A DNA stretch of 63,796 nt, counting the filler, from Octopus bimaculoides (Eukaryota): assembly GCF_001194135.2 (NCBI RefSeq). It is 6 parts of 6 records of this genome, joined end to end, with 100 filler letters (N's around TTAATTAATTAA, not from the genome) between each part and the next. Parts side by side here need not be neighbours in the genome. Positions count along the whole stretch, not along the records: positions 18,561 to 37,408 come from NC_068998.1; positions 37,509 to 48,711 come from NC_068994.1; 4 more parts are not named here. The stretch is one strand, 5' to 3'. The position numbers and the translations under genes are program-made. Shown here one piece after another: positions 24,786 through 38,135 of the stretch. Every line of letters starts with the position of its first letter. The first letter of the stretch is position 1. Below the pieces are notes generated by a model. It ran no database searches, had not been told where the DNA came from, and saw only the letters and a list, made by a program, of their open reading frames with translations.

Positions 24786-25078
24786 GGGGGGGGGGGGATT
24801 CCATAAATGATTTTGGGAGTCGGCACTAACAAAATAGTAAATGGGTCCCTGAAATTATTATTTAAATGTATGTATAGCAAGAAACAGTTAGGTTTCTTTC
24901 TCTAACACTCTAGACATTACAAACTCTACAAGTGAATGAGAGAATAACAAAATTGGAAACTTTGAAAGCGGTGTCTATAAAATTAGTTTTTAAACATCGA
25001 ATGGCAATGGGTGTCCACCAGATTAAAACAGTAAACGGTCGGGTCCATTAGAAAGCAATAAATTGTTGAGAACCACTG
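24786..25078. mobile_element. hAT (Charlie-like) MITE, one end visible
   Basis: GTTGAGAACCACTG at 25065-25078 is the reverse complement of a CAGTGGTTCTCAAC terminus. The other end would lie in the N gap ending at 24785. Confidence 0.5.
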
Positions 25079-25599
25079 CTCGAAATCAAAGCAAGTGAAA
25101 CAAAATTAGGAAGAAGATATTGCAAATTATATACAGCAGATAATGTTTAACATTATTTTGAATACCTGCACTAACTTCGATGCTTACTGCAATTAGTAAA
25201 CTATTTATCAAATCCAGATACGTTAACATATTCCTCCTCTCTACATTTAATCGATGAAACACGATTAATCCATTTATATTTAATCGTAATCCGACTGTAG
25301 TCTTTAAGGAATTTACATCTTGGTCTTTCACAGCCAATATTATGTCGCTACTTCTAATATCAATGTGTCATCTATGATATCACACTGTATTGAGATTGAT
25401 GTATATTATCTCTGAATTTTTGACTTGCAGTGAAATGTGGAATAATCTATACATATTATAATAATGCACACTGCAGTTTACATACATAGATACATACACA
25501 CATACATACGTACATATATACGTAAATACATACATGTACACATACACACGCACAAACACGCACAAATATGCGTGTGTGTCTTTGTGTTTGTCCTGTATC

Positions 25600-25800
25600 T
25601 CAACGCCATCGCTTGACAACTGGTTACGTTTCCGAAAACGTTTGGTTACGTTCCCGAAAACTAGCGGTTCAGCAAAAAGTGTGTGATACAAACAATTACG
25701 AAGATTTAAAAAATTAAATAGTGGGTTGATTCGGTTGACTACTCCTTCAAGGCGGTACTCTAGCATAGCAGTAATCCAATGACCAAAAAAGGCAAGAAAA
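25600..25800 (-). mobile_element. 3' part of SINE family B, degenerate
   Basis: AAGGCGGTACTCTAGCATAGCAGTAATCCAATGACCAAA and GACAACTGG...TTTACGT... match the family B tail. Confidence 0.45.
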
Positions 25801-26453
25801 TATGAGATCATAGGTATCAGATCGTTCTAGCTTTATTATGATCTGCAAAAAATTTAAGGTATTTTTGATTGTTATTTCTTGCAGTTTGAGAGACCACTTA
25901 AATTCCCTCGTCTGTCTTGTATATCTGTTTCTTTTGTGCTTGAATATCCGTGTGTCTGTGTGCCTGTGTATGTATGTGCATATGTGTGTATGCGTGTATG
26001 TGTGTGTATATGTGAATGTGTTTATGCCCCTTACGTTTCTATCACCCTATTGGATGCCAGTAGGCCTGTACGGATATAATGCATTGCTATACAGTCAAAA
26101 TATTCCTCGTTCGATCCCACTGAAAATGATATTGGATATGAATCTTATACTAAAAGTTTACGTTATCCTAAATCTTGTCAATGAATTTATAAATGCCAAA
26201 CGTCTAAAGCTATCCGTCCGGTTGACTGTACTCGTAATTAAACGTGGTAGCCATATAATGTCTGCCAAATACATCTGTTTTATTCAATTACAACGTAATT
26301 ACATCGTGGTACGTAATGTTAAAGGCTGATTATTTCAACCAACAATAATTACATCTAGACTGACACATCGCCTGGAATAACATTAATCAAGAATCTCATC
26401 GCACAGCAATTGTGACGCAGTAAATTCTATGCCTTAAATTGTATCGATTCGTA

Positions 26454-26690
26454 ATTTCAATGCTGGTTGATTCTGTCACCTCGAATTATATTGTCTAGTC
26501 ATTTCAAGGCAAGGTGATTTCATCGCCTCAAAATTTATCGTCTGGTGATTTCAAAGCAAAGTGATTACATCGCATAGAATTCTATCGTCCGGCAATTTCA
26601 AAGGATGTTGATTACATCAATTAGAATTTCATCGCCAAGTAATTCCAAGGTTGTGTGAATATATTGCAGTAAATATATCGCCAGTTATAA
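26454..26690. repeat. 47-bp minisatellite, about 5 diverged copies, built from ~16-bp subunits
   Basis: Units start at 26454, 26501, 26548, 26595 and 26642, each beginning ATTTCAA or ATTCCAA. Confidence 0.8.
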
Positions 26691-29041
26691 TGGCAATGGA
26701 TAAAAAGATTATATAGTCAGCCAATAGATCGGTGTTGAATTCATCATGATACATTCTACCGCACAATAGATACCTCACTACCCAGTATTTAATGGGTTTC
26801 TTTTCTGTTTTTAATCGCAGAGTAAAATGCATTGCATATCATCAACAACAAAATAGAAATTCAAAAAAAGAAATCTATCTATCTATCTCTTTCTCTCACT
26901 CTCTCTCTCTAGATATGTGTGGGTGATTGTTTGTTTGTGTCGTGCGTGTATATGTATATANNNNNNNNNNNNNNNNNNNNNNNNNNNNNNNNNNNNNNNN
27001 NNNNNNNNNNNNNNNNNNNNNNNNNNNNNNNNNNNNNNNNNNNNNNNNNNNNNNNNNNNNNNNNNNNNNNNNNNNNNNNNNNNNNNNNNNNNNNNNNNNN
27101 NNNNNNNNNNNNNNNNNNNNNNNNNNNNNNNNNNNNNNNNNNNNNNNNNNNNNNNNNNNNNNNNNNNNNNNNNNNNNNNNNNNNNNNNNNNNNNNNNNNN
27201 NNNNNNNNNNNNNNNNNNNNNNNNNNNNNNNNNNNNNNNNNNNNNNNNNNNNNNNNNNNNNNNNNNNNNNNNNNNNNNNNNNNNNNNNNNNNNNNNNNNN
27301 NNNNNNNNNNNNNNNNNNNNNNNNNNNNNNNNNNNNNNNNNNNNNNNNNNNNNNNNNNNNNNNNNNNTTTTGATATTAATATAAGATAAATTGAATCTCC
27401 GCTGCGTTACCTTTACATTTCCTTTTTCACAGTGGGATTTTTTGTCACTTTATGTATTTGCTGTTCCATTATTAGCTTTATTATTTTCCTGATTCTGCGT
27501 TTGATCTTTCCACAAATTTTTGAAACTTTTTAGATCGCAGAACGGATATTTTTGCCTTTGAAATTCGATTATTATTCCGATTCTCGATTATTTCTTTTCG
27601 AAAATTTATAACCCCCCCCCCAAATGTTTTCCGAATCTCAGGATCGAAATTATTATCTTTGAACCTATCTATTTATTGTATTGGTAATGCAACGTGATGT
27701 ACAGTGTGGGTGCAATATAAAAAGAACCCTTCTTCACTTTTCTTGACAAAGATTTCTGAAGAGTAAGCCATAATGCACACTAGTTCGAAAGCCCATAACA
27801 ATAACAGGTAACTGAAAGGTATAAGATTTATGAAGATACGATTCTTATCTGACTACGCTTTACTCACGCCATTTCAAAGGTCGTGTAAAATAAGGTCGGT
27901 TTTTCTGCCCTACAACGTGTTTAGTCTGCGTTTAAAGAAGCATTATGATGGAATTACCGTTATGAATCGCGATGAAACTCCCTTTTACGATGTAAATAAC
28001 CGGCGATGGAACTTCAAGCAATGAATTCACTCCGATGCAATAACCTAGGATCACTGAAGTTACAGTGATCCAAGCCATGTCATATACGATCAAATTAACG
28101 CAAGGCAATTCACAAGTATGTTCTTTCGTCGTCTGTGCTGTGTAGGGGCTTTGAACGAAGAGACAAGCATGCTCAAAATACAGCAGTATCCCTAAGTCCC
28201 TTAGCAGCAGTCAATCGTTAAATCGCATGTGGTAGGAAACGAACAGATATCGTGTATGGTTCGGAGGCAATCTCCGATGACAGACAACTATCAGCGATCT
28301 TTTAATCTGTCAGAATGTATTAAGTATGAAAGGGTGCACTATTATCAAATTGTTGCTGCTCTGCGTGCCATGAATTTTTTTTTTTGTTTTGTTATTACTT
28401 TTACAGCTCATGCTAAAATCAGAGATGTTGTAAAGATGGTTACAATTCAGAATCTAAAATCAATTTTCTGCAGCATCTTATAGATTCTAAAAGTCAACGG
28501 CCTTCTCAGCTTCCATTTGTTCTTCCTCACTTACACCAAAACTTTTAAACAAATACATCGACGTTGAAAGTTAGAAATAAACCAACTAATGAAAACACTT
28601 CTTAATAAACTAAATGAACGCACACACATGTATAGACATACACGTACGTTTATGAAAAAAGAGAGAAGTTAACACCTAATGTGGTATTTCAATGATTCTT
28701 CGTAGATGTTCTCTTGCGTCATGGGTCTTCACCTGTTGGAAGCTTTGTATATGTGAGTGTGGTCATTATTGTCTAAACAAAGAATCTAATTAATGGCTGT
28801 CTGCGGAAATTATTAATGTTAATAAAAAATGTATACATAAATATATGGAACTGTTATCCAAGAACAATAGACTTCACTGGAATAGCAAGCTCAATAACTC
28901 GTTGAACGACATCGACAAGAACAACAGCAACAACAACAATACAAATGAGGGGAAAGCGGAAGTAAGAGGAGGAGAAGGAGGATAAGAAGACGGAGAAAAT
29001 GAAAAGGATAAGAACTGGAATTAGAAAAAGAAGAGAAAATT

Positions 29042-29097
<56 letters not shown>
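29042..29097. repeat. (TAG)n microsatellite
   Basis: Seen directly. Confidence 0.95.
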
Positions 29098-29098
<1 letters not shown>

Positions 29099-29759
29099 CT
29101 GGAGTAGCGGCAGCAGTAGTAGTTGTGGGAGAAGGAGGAGAAAACTGAGGACGAAGAAAATTAAGAAAAAAAGCAAAGAAGGCCAAGAAGAAGATGAAGA
29201 GAAATAATGATGGCCTACATAAAAAAGCAAGTCAGTGCATTATCCGAATCAATGTGCAAGAAAATTAAAATCTTGAAACAGGAACATTCTAGAATCACAT
29301 ACACACATACACATATGCATACTGCACGCAACCACACATACAAACACAAGGCAAGACACATGCAGACACATACACATAGACACACGCAGACATACACAAG
29401 ATTCTGTTGAATGTTCTCTTAATTCAAGTTGTCAATTATCGAAATAGCATGATGATACTTCGTTAATTTACAATTTTTCAGCTTGTCAGAACACTTTGTC
29501 TGCAGTTAGTGAGTGGTCCTCTTAATGCAACCGTAGTATCAGTGACAAAAGTAAAACAAAACCAAAAAAAAAAAAATGTCTGTAAACCATTGTCTAAAAG
29601 TTTAAAATTGAATTTAAATAAAAGTATCTTTTTTCGTAGTTAGTATTCTAATGATGAGATTTGGTTACGCGAGTAACGTTTACTTTGAGGTTAAACATTT
29701 ATAAGGGCAGCGACTTTATTGATTACAAACAATAAGTTTAACTTCTATGTGAGCATATA

Positions 29760-29976
29760 CGAGGGGTTGCTGAAATGTTCCCGGCTTTAGATATGTCACG
29801 AAAGACCTTGTTGGAGACCCAACATCCTGAGTTCTGCTACAGGGCTTAAAAAAACTGAAGGACCACTGCAATAAATGTCTGAATCTGAGAAGAGAATATG
29901 TTGTATAAAATCATGATTAACTGATCCTATTGTATTTTCTTTTACCCAAAGCCAGGAATTATTCAGCACTTCCTCG
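29760..29976 (+). mobile_element. Mariner-derived MITE with TA target-site duplication
   Basis: Left end TA|CGAGGGGTTGCTGAAATGTTCCCGGCTT; right end (reverse complement) TA|CGAGGAAGTGCTGAATAATTCCTGGCTT. The interior retains LKDHCNKCLNLRREYV, like a mariner transposase C-terminus. Confidence 0.8.
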
Positions 29977-32427
29977 TAAATTCTGACAAATTTTGAAGTT
30001 CAAATTAACATAAGCACGTCCTTCACACTGAGAGTGTAAAATGTTAAAAGTAAGATTATTTTTCTAAGCTTTAGTTTGGGTTAATAAATAAATTGTAAAG
30101 GTATGACTATCTTAATGGCAAACAAGAAGTTTTAAGAATATTTTCTCTAGGATGTAAATCTTAAAAAGTGTTTGCCTAAGCGTACTGACAATGTCAATGG
30201 TAAAACAGGAAGTTGAAATTTTTGCATCTGTAAGAAAAATGTTTTAAAATTTTAAAATTCAATTTATAATAGCATGTGTTCGTCTAGGTTTAATTTGAAA
30301 AAATTCATAACATTTATGTAACTTTTACTTTGGGGCATTTAGTAGATTGTAATGGCAGTGAGGGATATGTAGGCAAACAGGAAACATACGGCTATGTCAA
30401 TAAATATGTCTGGGAAAAGTTTCAAGTAAAATTTAGCTATCACCCTATCGCTCAGGTAGGGATTTTTGAAAATAATACTGGGTTATTTGTCTAACTTTTA
30501 GATTTATAAAGGGAGTACAAATAAAATGCCAATATCAGTGGTAAATGAGATGTTAAATATGTTTGTAAACTTTTAGTCTCGACTTAAATGAAATCTAAGT
30601 GTAATTAAAATGTTAGTAACTAAAAGAAAATATTAGGATTAAAAATAAATAACACACAAACATGGTCCTAGTTTTTGCCTAGTATTTTTTGTCACTGGAT
30701 AGTAAAGTGTCTCCGAATTGCGAGACAACGCGTCAATAACAATCTTAAGTTTTAATGTTAAAACTGCAAACAAGTTTGAATAAATGTACCGCTGTATGAC
30801 TAAGAAGTCTATGTCGTAGCTAAATGGTTTCGAATTCCATCACATGCCGTGCACTTTAGTCAATATTCATCAACTACAATATCCGGTTGAACAAAAATTG
30901 TGGCTGAAATTAAGGTTTTAAGCTCAAGCAAGCAGATTTAATGCCAAAATTATTTCAGTAACGACTATCTTTTTACGTAAGAAACATAGTTCTCTGTACC
31001 TTTCATGCTTTAAGAAATTACGGTTTGATTTGTGGTTACCTGGTTGTTACTTTTCCATGGGGGATCCAGCATGGGCGGAAAATGTGGTAAATAGAAAAAG
31101 TGTGCAAACCCATCGGAAGGAACCACAGTCGTGTTTAGGTACCCGATTTGATTTATCGTTCAAGTTAACACAACATACTGTTCCTCGTGTGTTTTTATCA
31201 GAGTCCAGTCTACAGGAAGAGCCTAGAACGAAACTCTAACATAAAGGGTATTTCCTTTATTTATTCCTAATCTCAGGGCACCTCCAAGAGGTCAGCTGGC
31301 GCTGCTCTTCACTCTTGCAGTTAAACCATATAAAATCGTAGCAACGCTTTCCATTTGAATTTAACTAGCGATGTTTTATTTTCGTTTTAAAGTTTTTAGC
31401 GTTAATGCCCCATTTCCAAAGGATAAACGCTCTTAATTGTCACATCCATTTAGCCGTAAGTAGCAGCTACAGCAAAAATAACAAAAAAATACTACATTAT
31501 TAACACCATGAGCGTATATAGAGAGAGAGATACGCTGTTAGACGTTTTGAAATTATGTCCTAAGTTACAACATCTCTACCCACCACACGTGGTTTTACAA
31601 GATACTGTCATTGATAAGAGGATGTTAAAGCTGAGCGGAACCAAGTAGCTCTCTTCACAGGTTTGTGAAGGCCTATAAAAATCCTGCACTGTGTTTCATT
31701 CTCGATCAATAATTCAATCTTAAAAGATAGAAAATTCATATGGAAAGGGGTGATATAATCAATAGATTCTATCGATCTCAGTATATGTGGTTTGGCAATT
31801 TTTGAAATATTCAGTTAACGTTATCCCTTGTCGATATGGGAATTCGATAACATCAAGTCATGTGACAAATGAAAAATCTAATATTTAGGTTGTTGTCCCT
31901 GCCAAAATTAGGAAGAGAGAGAGAGAAAGAGAGGAGGAGTGAGGGAAAGAGACATAGAAGGAACGGAAGAAAGAGAGTGAGAGGAAATAAAATAAAGTAG
32001 TTTTGTTGATTTGGCTTCTCTACCAGCAAAGTGATAACACCAGTTTTCTATTTCTGAAGAAAAAATTCCCCAAATTCTCAGTTCCCTAATGAGCATTATT
32101 ATATCAAACTGTTCTGTGAAATCTTCTTCAGTGCTGATTATTATCTATATGAAGATTACCAATTTCCGAACATTCTGTACTTTACACTAACCAACAATGA
32201 ATTCCATAAGAAGGAACTTAGACTGTAGAGTTCCATTAAGTACGAAATGCGCCAAAATTGATCACCTGTACTTGCAAGGATAAATATAAAACCGTTTACC
32301 AACGAATATAATTGTTTTCTTGACCGTATCTGATATAAATTTCAACTGAAAATCTGATAGATCCAATGACATTATATATACATATTCATATATAAGTGTG
32401 TGTATCATCATCATCATCATATATTTG

Positions 32428-32660
32428 TAAATACTAATATTGCCTTCAAATTTTGGCACAAGGCCAGCAAGTCGAGGAAAGGGGATGAGTCGTTTACATC
32501 GATCCCAGTTTTCAAGTGGTACTTATTTTGTTGATCTTGAAAGAATGAAAGGCAATGTCAGTCTCGGTGGAATTTGAACTTAAAACGTGCAGACGGACGA
32601 AATGGCGCTAACCATTCTTATTCTTCCGACGTGCTAAAGATACTGCCTACTCGCCATCTT
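32428..32660 (-). mobile_element. SINE family A-related copy
   Basis: TTGGCACAAGGCCAGC...GAATGAAAGGCAATGTC...GGAATTTGAACT...CTACTCGCCATCT. Confidence 0.75.
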
Positions 32661-32782
32661 TTATTCACACACACACACACNNNNNNNNNNNNNNNNNNNN
32701 NNNNNNNNNNNNNNNNNNNNNNNNNNNNNNNNNNNNNNNNNNNNNNNNNNNNNNNNNNNNNNNNNNNNNNNNNNNNNNNNNN

Positions 32783-32824
<42 letters not shown>

Positions 32825-34159
32825 GGCAAATAAGAAAATGAAGAAGATACAAAAAAGACATGCACCAATCGGTAGACATTCTAGTATGTAAATTTATCCC
32901 AAAGTATTAGAATGTATTAGAAGAATGCATAGACATTTAATAACCATGTATTACAAACACATGTACTAATATTACAGAAAAGAGCGAAAGATCAGATTGT
33001 CACTAGGTATTAGTACCTTACGGCCGTTTCTGCCAAGAGGCAACGAAATCTCCCATGCCATCTCCATCTCTTCAGTGTTCTGTAGTGATGAGCAGATAAA
33101 GTTTGGATGATGAATGTGCCTCTAGGCTTCTTCAGAGGGTCTAAGTGGTTGGGAGGGCTAATACATATAAGAAACAGTTAACAACATGTACAGTGTATTT
33201 GTCTTTTTTTTTAAAGGCAGAAAAAGAATATGAGCAGGAATAAGAACAAACTAGTAATCCTCCAACAGAACCGACCGGCGTCCCGTTAAGGTGGGGAATA
33301 TATATGCCATGAAACCGAGCAACTGGCCCTTATGAATCGGCTTGACACGAGAAAGTAACTCTACCTTTAATTTTATCTCATCACACAACACCGCGAGCTT
33401 TAATATAAGTAATATTCGTAGCCGCAACCTTGTACGTAAATTTGTCATGAACTTAGCGCATCTAATCCCATACACCCACGTATATGATATGTATATAAAT
33501 ATATCTATATAGAAGGTTAATATCGAGGGATTCAGATGTCCATGTTTAGGAAGTTTATAAGCTTCAAGCAGTTCGTGGCAGATATAGAGAATAAGAAACA
33601 TGTATACTATATGCTCAGTGTACGATAAGGAAGAATAACAATTTATAGGCATCGATAGTTACATGCTTTATCCCATAACGAAGTTACATAGAAATTTGAA
33701 GAACTGATAATTTCTATATAGCTCATAGTTAGCAATTTGTGTAGCTACAAATCCGAAGAAAAATCCGAATTGAGCGAGTGGAACGAGTAAACTGCAGTTA
33801 TGTATAGTTCGTAGTTACTCAACGAGGTATACTTAACGTAGCTAAACATAACGCCGAGATTACATTGACTAAATGAAGGTTAGATTGTCACATGTAATTT
33901 CCAAGTTAACTCACCGCAGATGCGAAATAAACTGAATAAAGAAGCCAACAGTACAGTATTAAAAAAATATTCGAAACCATAAAATGGTCAAGAAATAGGT
34001 AAAGTGAAATGTGGATGTTAAATATTTGGAAGAGGGTGTCGTATAAAGTTGATGCCAAGTAAGTTGAGCAATCCTCGTTGAATAAATATAATTCAGACGA
34101 TCAGCTTCCTAAGAAACATATGTAACCCGCATTTTACCCGTTCCACTTTCCCTTTTTGG

Positions 34160-34223
<64 letters not shown>

Positions 34224-34436
34224 GTGTGCTTATGTATGTCTACGTATATACATACCCAGAGCCTCTCTGCCATGAAATCAATATGTACATTCATATATGT
34301 ACATGGACATGTTTCTGTATGTGCTTTACCTACCTACCTACCCACCTACCTACCTACCTACCTACCTACCTACCTACCTACCTACCTACCTACCTACCTA
34401 CCTATCTACCTACCTACCTACCTACCTACCTACCTA
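34160..34436. repeat. (TATC)n (34160-34222) and (CCTA)n (34328-34436) microsatellites
   Basis: Seen directly; source of the LPTY ORFs. Confidence 0.93.
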
Positions 34437-34688
34437 TGTATATATATATATATATANNNNNNNNNNNNNNNNNNNNNNNNNNNNNNNNNNNNNNNNNNNN
34501 NNNNNNNNNNNNNNNNNNNNNNNNNNNNNNNNNNNNNNNNNNNNNNNNNNNNNNNNNNNNNNNNNNNNNNNNNNNNNNNNNNNNNNNNNNNNNNNNNNNN
34601 NNNNNNNNNNNNNNNNNNNNNNNNNNNNNNNNNNNNNNNNNNNNNNNNNNNNNNNNNNNNNNNNNNNNNNNNNNNTTATGTATACATG

Positions 34689-34732
<44 letters not shown>

Positions 34733-35254
34733 TATATATATATATATGCGTGGATACATCGAAACTACACATGTGTGTCCATTGAAGCCTTCTTTCTATC
34801 TAAATACTTTCAAATGAATATATATCCCCGGATAAAAGCAGGAACTTTGCAAAGAAAATGGAAAAAAGGAAAAATAAACATTGAGACATTCAACATCTAA
34901 TCAACAACTGCAGCCATAAGCCTTAAATCTGAAAAGAAAAAAAAAACACAGCAAAAAGAAGACGCTAATGATCTTATAATAACTAAAATAATGACGGATC
35001 AAATATAGCTAGTAAATTTAAAGTGCATAACCGATTAGATTGTGTAACTTAACGAGACGCACACATCTCTTCTGAAGACACATCGCTTCCAACCCTAAAC
35101 ACGGATTAATCAACCTTAAAAAAAGTAGTAACAAAGTGATAAAAAAAATCAATCCTAAGTAGCATTAACGATGATATTAAGGATACAACTGACCTCGGGG
35201 CTGCAGAAGACTATCATTGTTGTCATTAGCTGGTGTAAAAATATATTTAAAAAA

Positions 35255-35625
35255 CGTTACAAGTGATTTCAAATTTATTCCATTGTGTATAGTCGAATTC
35301 AATCTTGAAATCATTACCCATCATTACTCCGGGATTTGATATTTATAGTGATATCATAATGTACGCCATTCTAATTATGCTTTTGACAAAAGGATTGCTC
35401 CAGGTTAAAGAAGAAGACACAACTCGTTTGTTTAACGTCATTATGGGATCATTCGACAGCACAGTGGTATGTGATCATGTCAGATTCTATATGTTTTACA
35501 CATCTAAAACGTGTATTCTTCATTGCAGATGTAGGTAGAAACGAAGATTAACGGATTGAACTTAATTTAGTATGACAATAGCCCAGACAAACTTGGAGAT
35601 GATTAACTTTCTTTGTGAGATCGAT
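35255..35625 (+). mobile_element. Penelope-like RT fragment (tentatively Hydra-clade type), degenerate
   Basis: FIPLCIVEFNLEI...DIIMYAIL...KEEDTTRLFNVIMGSFDSTVVCDHV...DVG...TIAQTNLEMINFL resembles FxxFDIxEFYPSI...FDVTMGSYDGAEVCELVG...GLYRDDGL...NLKxVNFLD. Confidence 0.65.
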
Positions 35626-35717
35626 AATAAATTATTATTCAAAGGAACGCGAGACGATTAAACTGACTGACTTCCTTGAAAGCTGTGCTGTTCAGCATTA
35701 CTGAAATCGACGAAAGA

Positions 35718-35765
<48 letters not shown>

Positions 35766-35929
35766 CAGAATTTGCGTAAATGTGGATGGAATAATATATC
35801 AGTTGAATAAAGTTAAAACATGGTCTGGTTTTCACGTTTTTATCATAGTATTTAAAATATATATATATTTTACAATGTTGAAGGGTGTTAAACATTAAAA
35901 TAATAATTTGTAATGTTCACAAAGTTCAA

Positions 35930-36400
35930 TTAGCGCTTTCATACGTTCGTAGTAATCATCAGATTACTTTGTTTCATGATTGGTAAATTTGTTTTGAAGA
36001 TGTTAAAAATGTTTTGTTGATGCGGATTTTGTGTTACTAGAAATGGTATTCTGTTCCATTGTTGCGTTCGGCTTTTTCGTGTTACCCTAAGCTGTTCTAT
36101 AGGCTTCTCTTTTGCTCGTTGTATGCTATTTTCTATAAGTAGGAGAAAGTAATGTTGCTTGAGCAGGAATACTTTGGAAGATCTTTCAAAACTATAAAAC
36201 ATACAGCGATAGGTCTAAATTCTATGCAATACAAGATAAATCTTATAATTAAAACCTTTCAAAAAGGTGTCATTTCAATAATAGATAAAAGATTTTCAAT
36301 AAATGTAGGTACTTTGGAAACTTTCTGTTGGATAGATGGAAACACTAAATAAATACCTTGAGCATAGTTGATTATCACTGAGATACAATATCCATGTAAC
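35930..36400 (-). mobile_element. Penelope-like thumb/linker fragment, degenerate
   Basis: LIENSIQRAKEKPIEQLR...IPFLVTQNPHQQNIFNIFKTNLPIM resembles the PLE linker IxxAxxxxRxxL...IPFVxTxNPxxxNIFxIIxxNLPIL. Confidence 0.55.
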
Positions 36401-36825
36401 TCTTTCTTTATCCCCTCTAAAGTTAATATGATGTCGATTTTACTGACTACTAATTTTACATCAGGTTTCATATATCAGTTTTCATCTAGAGTAAATATAT
36501 AATGTGTATATTATCCAAATAGTGTAAATATTCTTATCAAATTTTGATACAGCTGTGCTTCATTATTTATTCAAATATAGATATTATAATATGCGAGTTA
36601 CTTCATTATATTGTCAGCAAATATATGGGTAATAACAAATCACAAACAATTTACAATTAAGAAGCAAGGTGTTATACCTCAACTAACAACGTTGTACAAA
36701 GAACGCGTGAGCAGACGTTGATAATGTCATCTCAGTTGTATCAAATATACCAATACAAAGTATTTGTTCTCAGTTAACTGTAACTGGAATCAATTGCATG
36801 TTAACACACAATATCTGACACCGAA

Positions 36826-37240
36826 TCTGCTATAGCCTCGGGCCGACCAAAGCCTTGTGAATGGAATGGTAGCCGGTAACCGAAAGAAGCCCGTCGCATA
36901 TATGTATATAGTTGGAATTTACACTGAAACAAAAGAAGACAGGTGTATAAACAACAAATATGTATATTAGTTTAATGCTCGGGAAGGTGAGAAAATCTTT
37001 TACGTTTCGATATATATGTATGTGTTTGTGTGTCTGTGTTTGTTCCCCCACCATCGTTTGACAACTGATGTTGGTGTGCTTACGTCCCCACAAAGTTGCG
37101 GTTCGGCAAAAAGAAAAAAAAAGGTCCAATATGTACTAGGCTTACAAAAAAGAAGTCCTTGGGTCGAATTCTTCAACTAAAGGCGGTGCTCCAGCATGGC
37201 CGCAGTCAAATAACTGAAACGAGTCAAAGAATAAAAGAAT
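36826..37240 (+). mobile_element. SINE family B (CORE-like), 5'-truncated, with an internal insert
   Basis: CTATAGCCTCGGGCCGACCAAAGCCTTGTGAATGG...GAAAGAAGCCCGTCG and tail AAAGGCGGTGCTCCAGCATGGCCGCAGTCAAATAACTGAAAC. Confidence 0.85.
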
Positions 37241-37359
37241 ATATATTTAAAGGAGCTAGCTAGCTCCTATCTGTTTATATATATGGGTCCCGCAGTGCGT
37301 CAGTCTGCCTGTCTCCCCGTCTGTTTATCTCTGCATGTATCTATCTAAAAACTCACCTC

Positions 37360-37391
<32 letters not shown>

Positions 37392-37699
37392 TTATCTCTC
37401 TCTCTCTCNNNNNNNNNNNNNNNNNNNNNNNNNNNNNNNNNNNNNNNNNNNNTTAATTAATTAANNNNNNNNNNNNNNNNNNNNNNNNNNNNNNNNNNNN
37501 NNNNNNNNTATATATATATATATATATATATATTGTCATAGACAACTTCGAGAGAACGTGAAATAAATAATTCCTTTCTGCTAGGGTCAACCTCGGAGCT
37601 GATAAGGCTACAAATAATAGAATGTAAATATTTGGTTAAAAAACCTTGGACAGAAAATGTAGAAGGCTGCCCCGAGGCTCGAATCCACATCTTACGCTA

Positions 37700-38040
37700 T
37701 ATTTGTTATAGCTTTATCTACTTTGGGTTTCACCTTTCCAATATATACATTACGATAATTTCCACGACCTAGTGACCCACTGGCGAAATTCAGTCAATGT
37801 TGTTGACTGTATTTTAGTTAAAGCTATTGCTTTATAAGATCTGTCCAGAGTTGCCTCTCTTAGGCATTTCCCATTGATAACGGCTAAGAAGCTTGAAACA
37901 TCGATGTCTGGGAATCCTGATAGATGGTGATACTGAACAAATATGGTGTTTTTACACCTTTTTACTATAAAGGAAACTTTTCTCCACGGTAGCTGCAATG
38001 AATTTGTCTTGTAGAAGTCGAAATATGTCTCAAACATATT
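37700..38040 (-). mobile_element. Possible Penelope-like post-RT fragment, highly degenerate
   Basis: FETYFDFYKTNSLQLPWRK..., REATLDRSYK, RNVY...ITNIA loosely follow FLDVTFxLxxNSYQPYRKP...ALxxSGY...RNIIW...TNIG. Confidence 0.35.
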
Positions 38041-38059
38041 TTAACTAACCTAAACTTTG

Positions 38060-38135
<76 letters not shown>

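Noticed and set aside
37251-37268. Perfect 18-bp palindrome AGGAGCTAGCTAGCTCCT
   Set aside because: Short, built on an AGCT repeat, with no supporting context.
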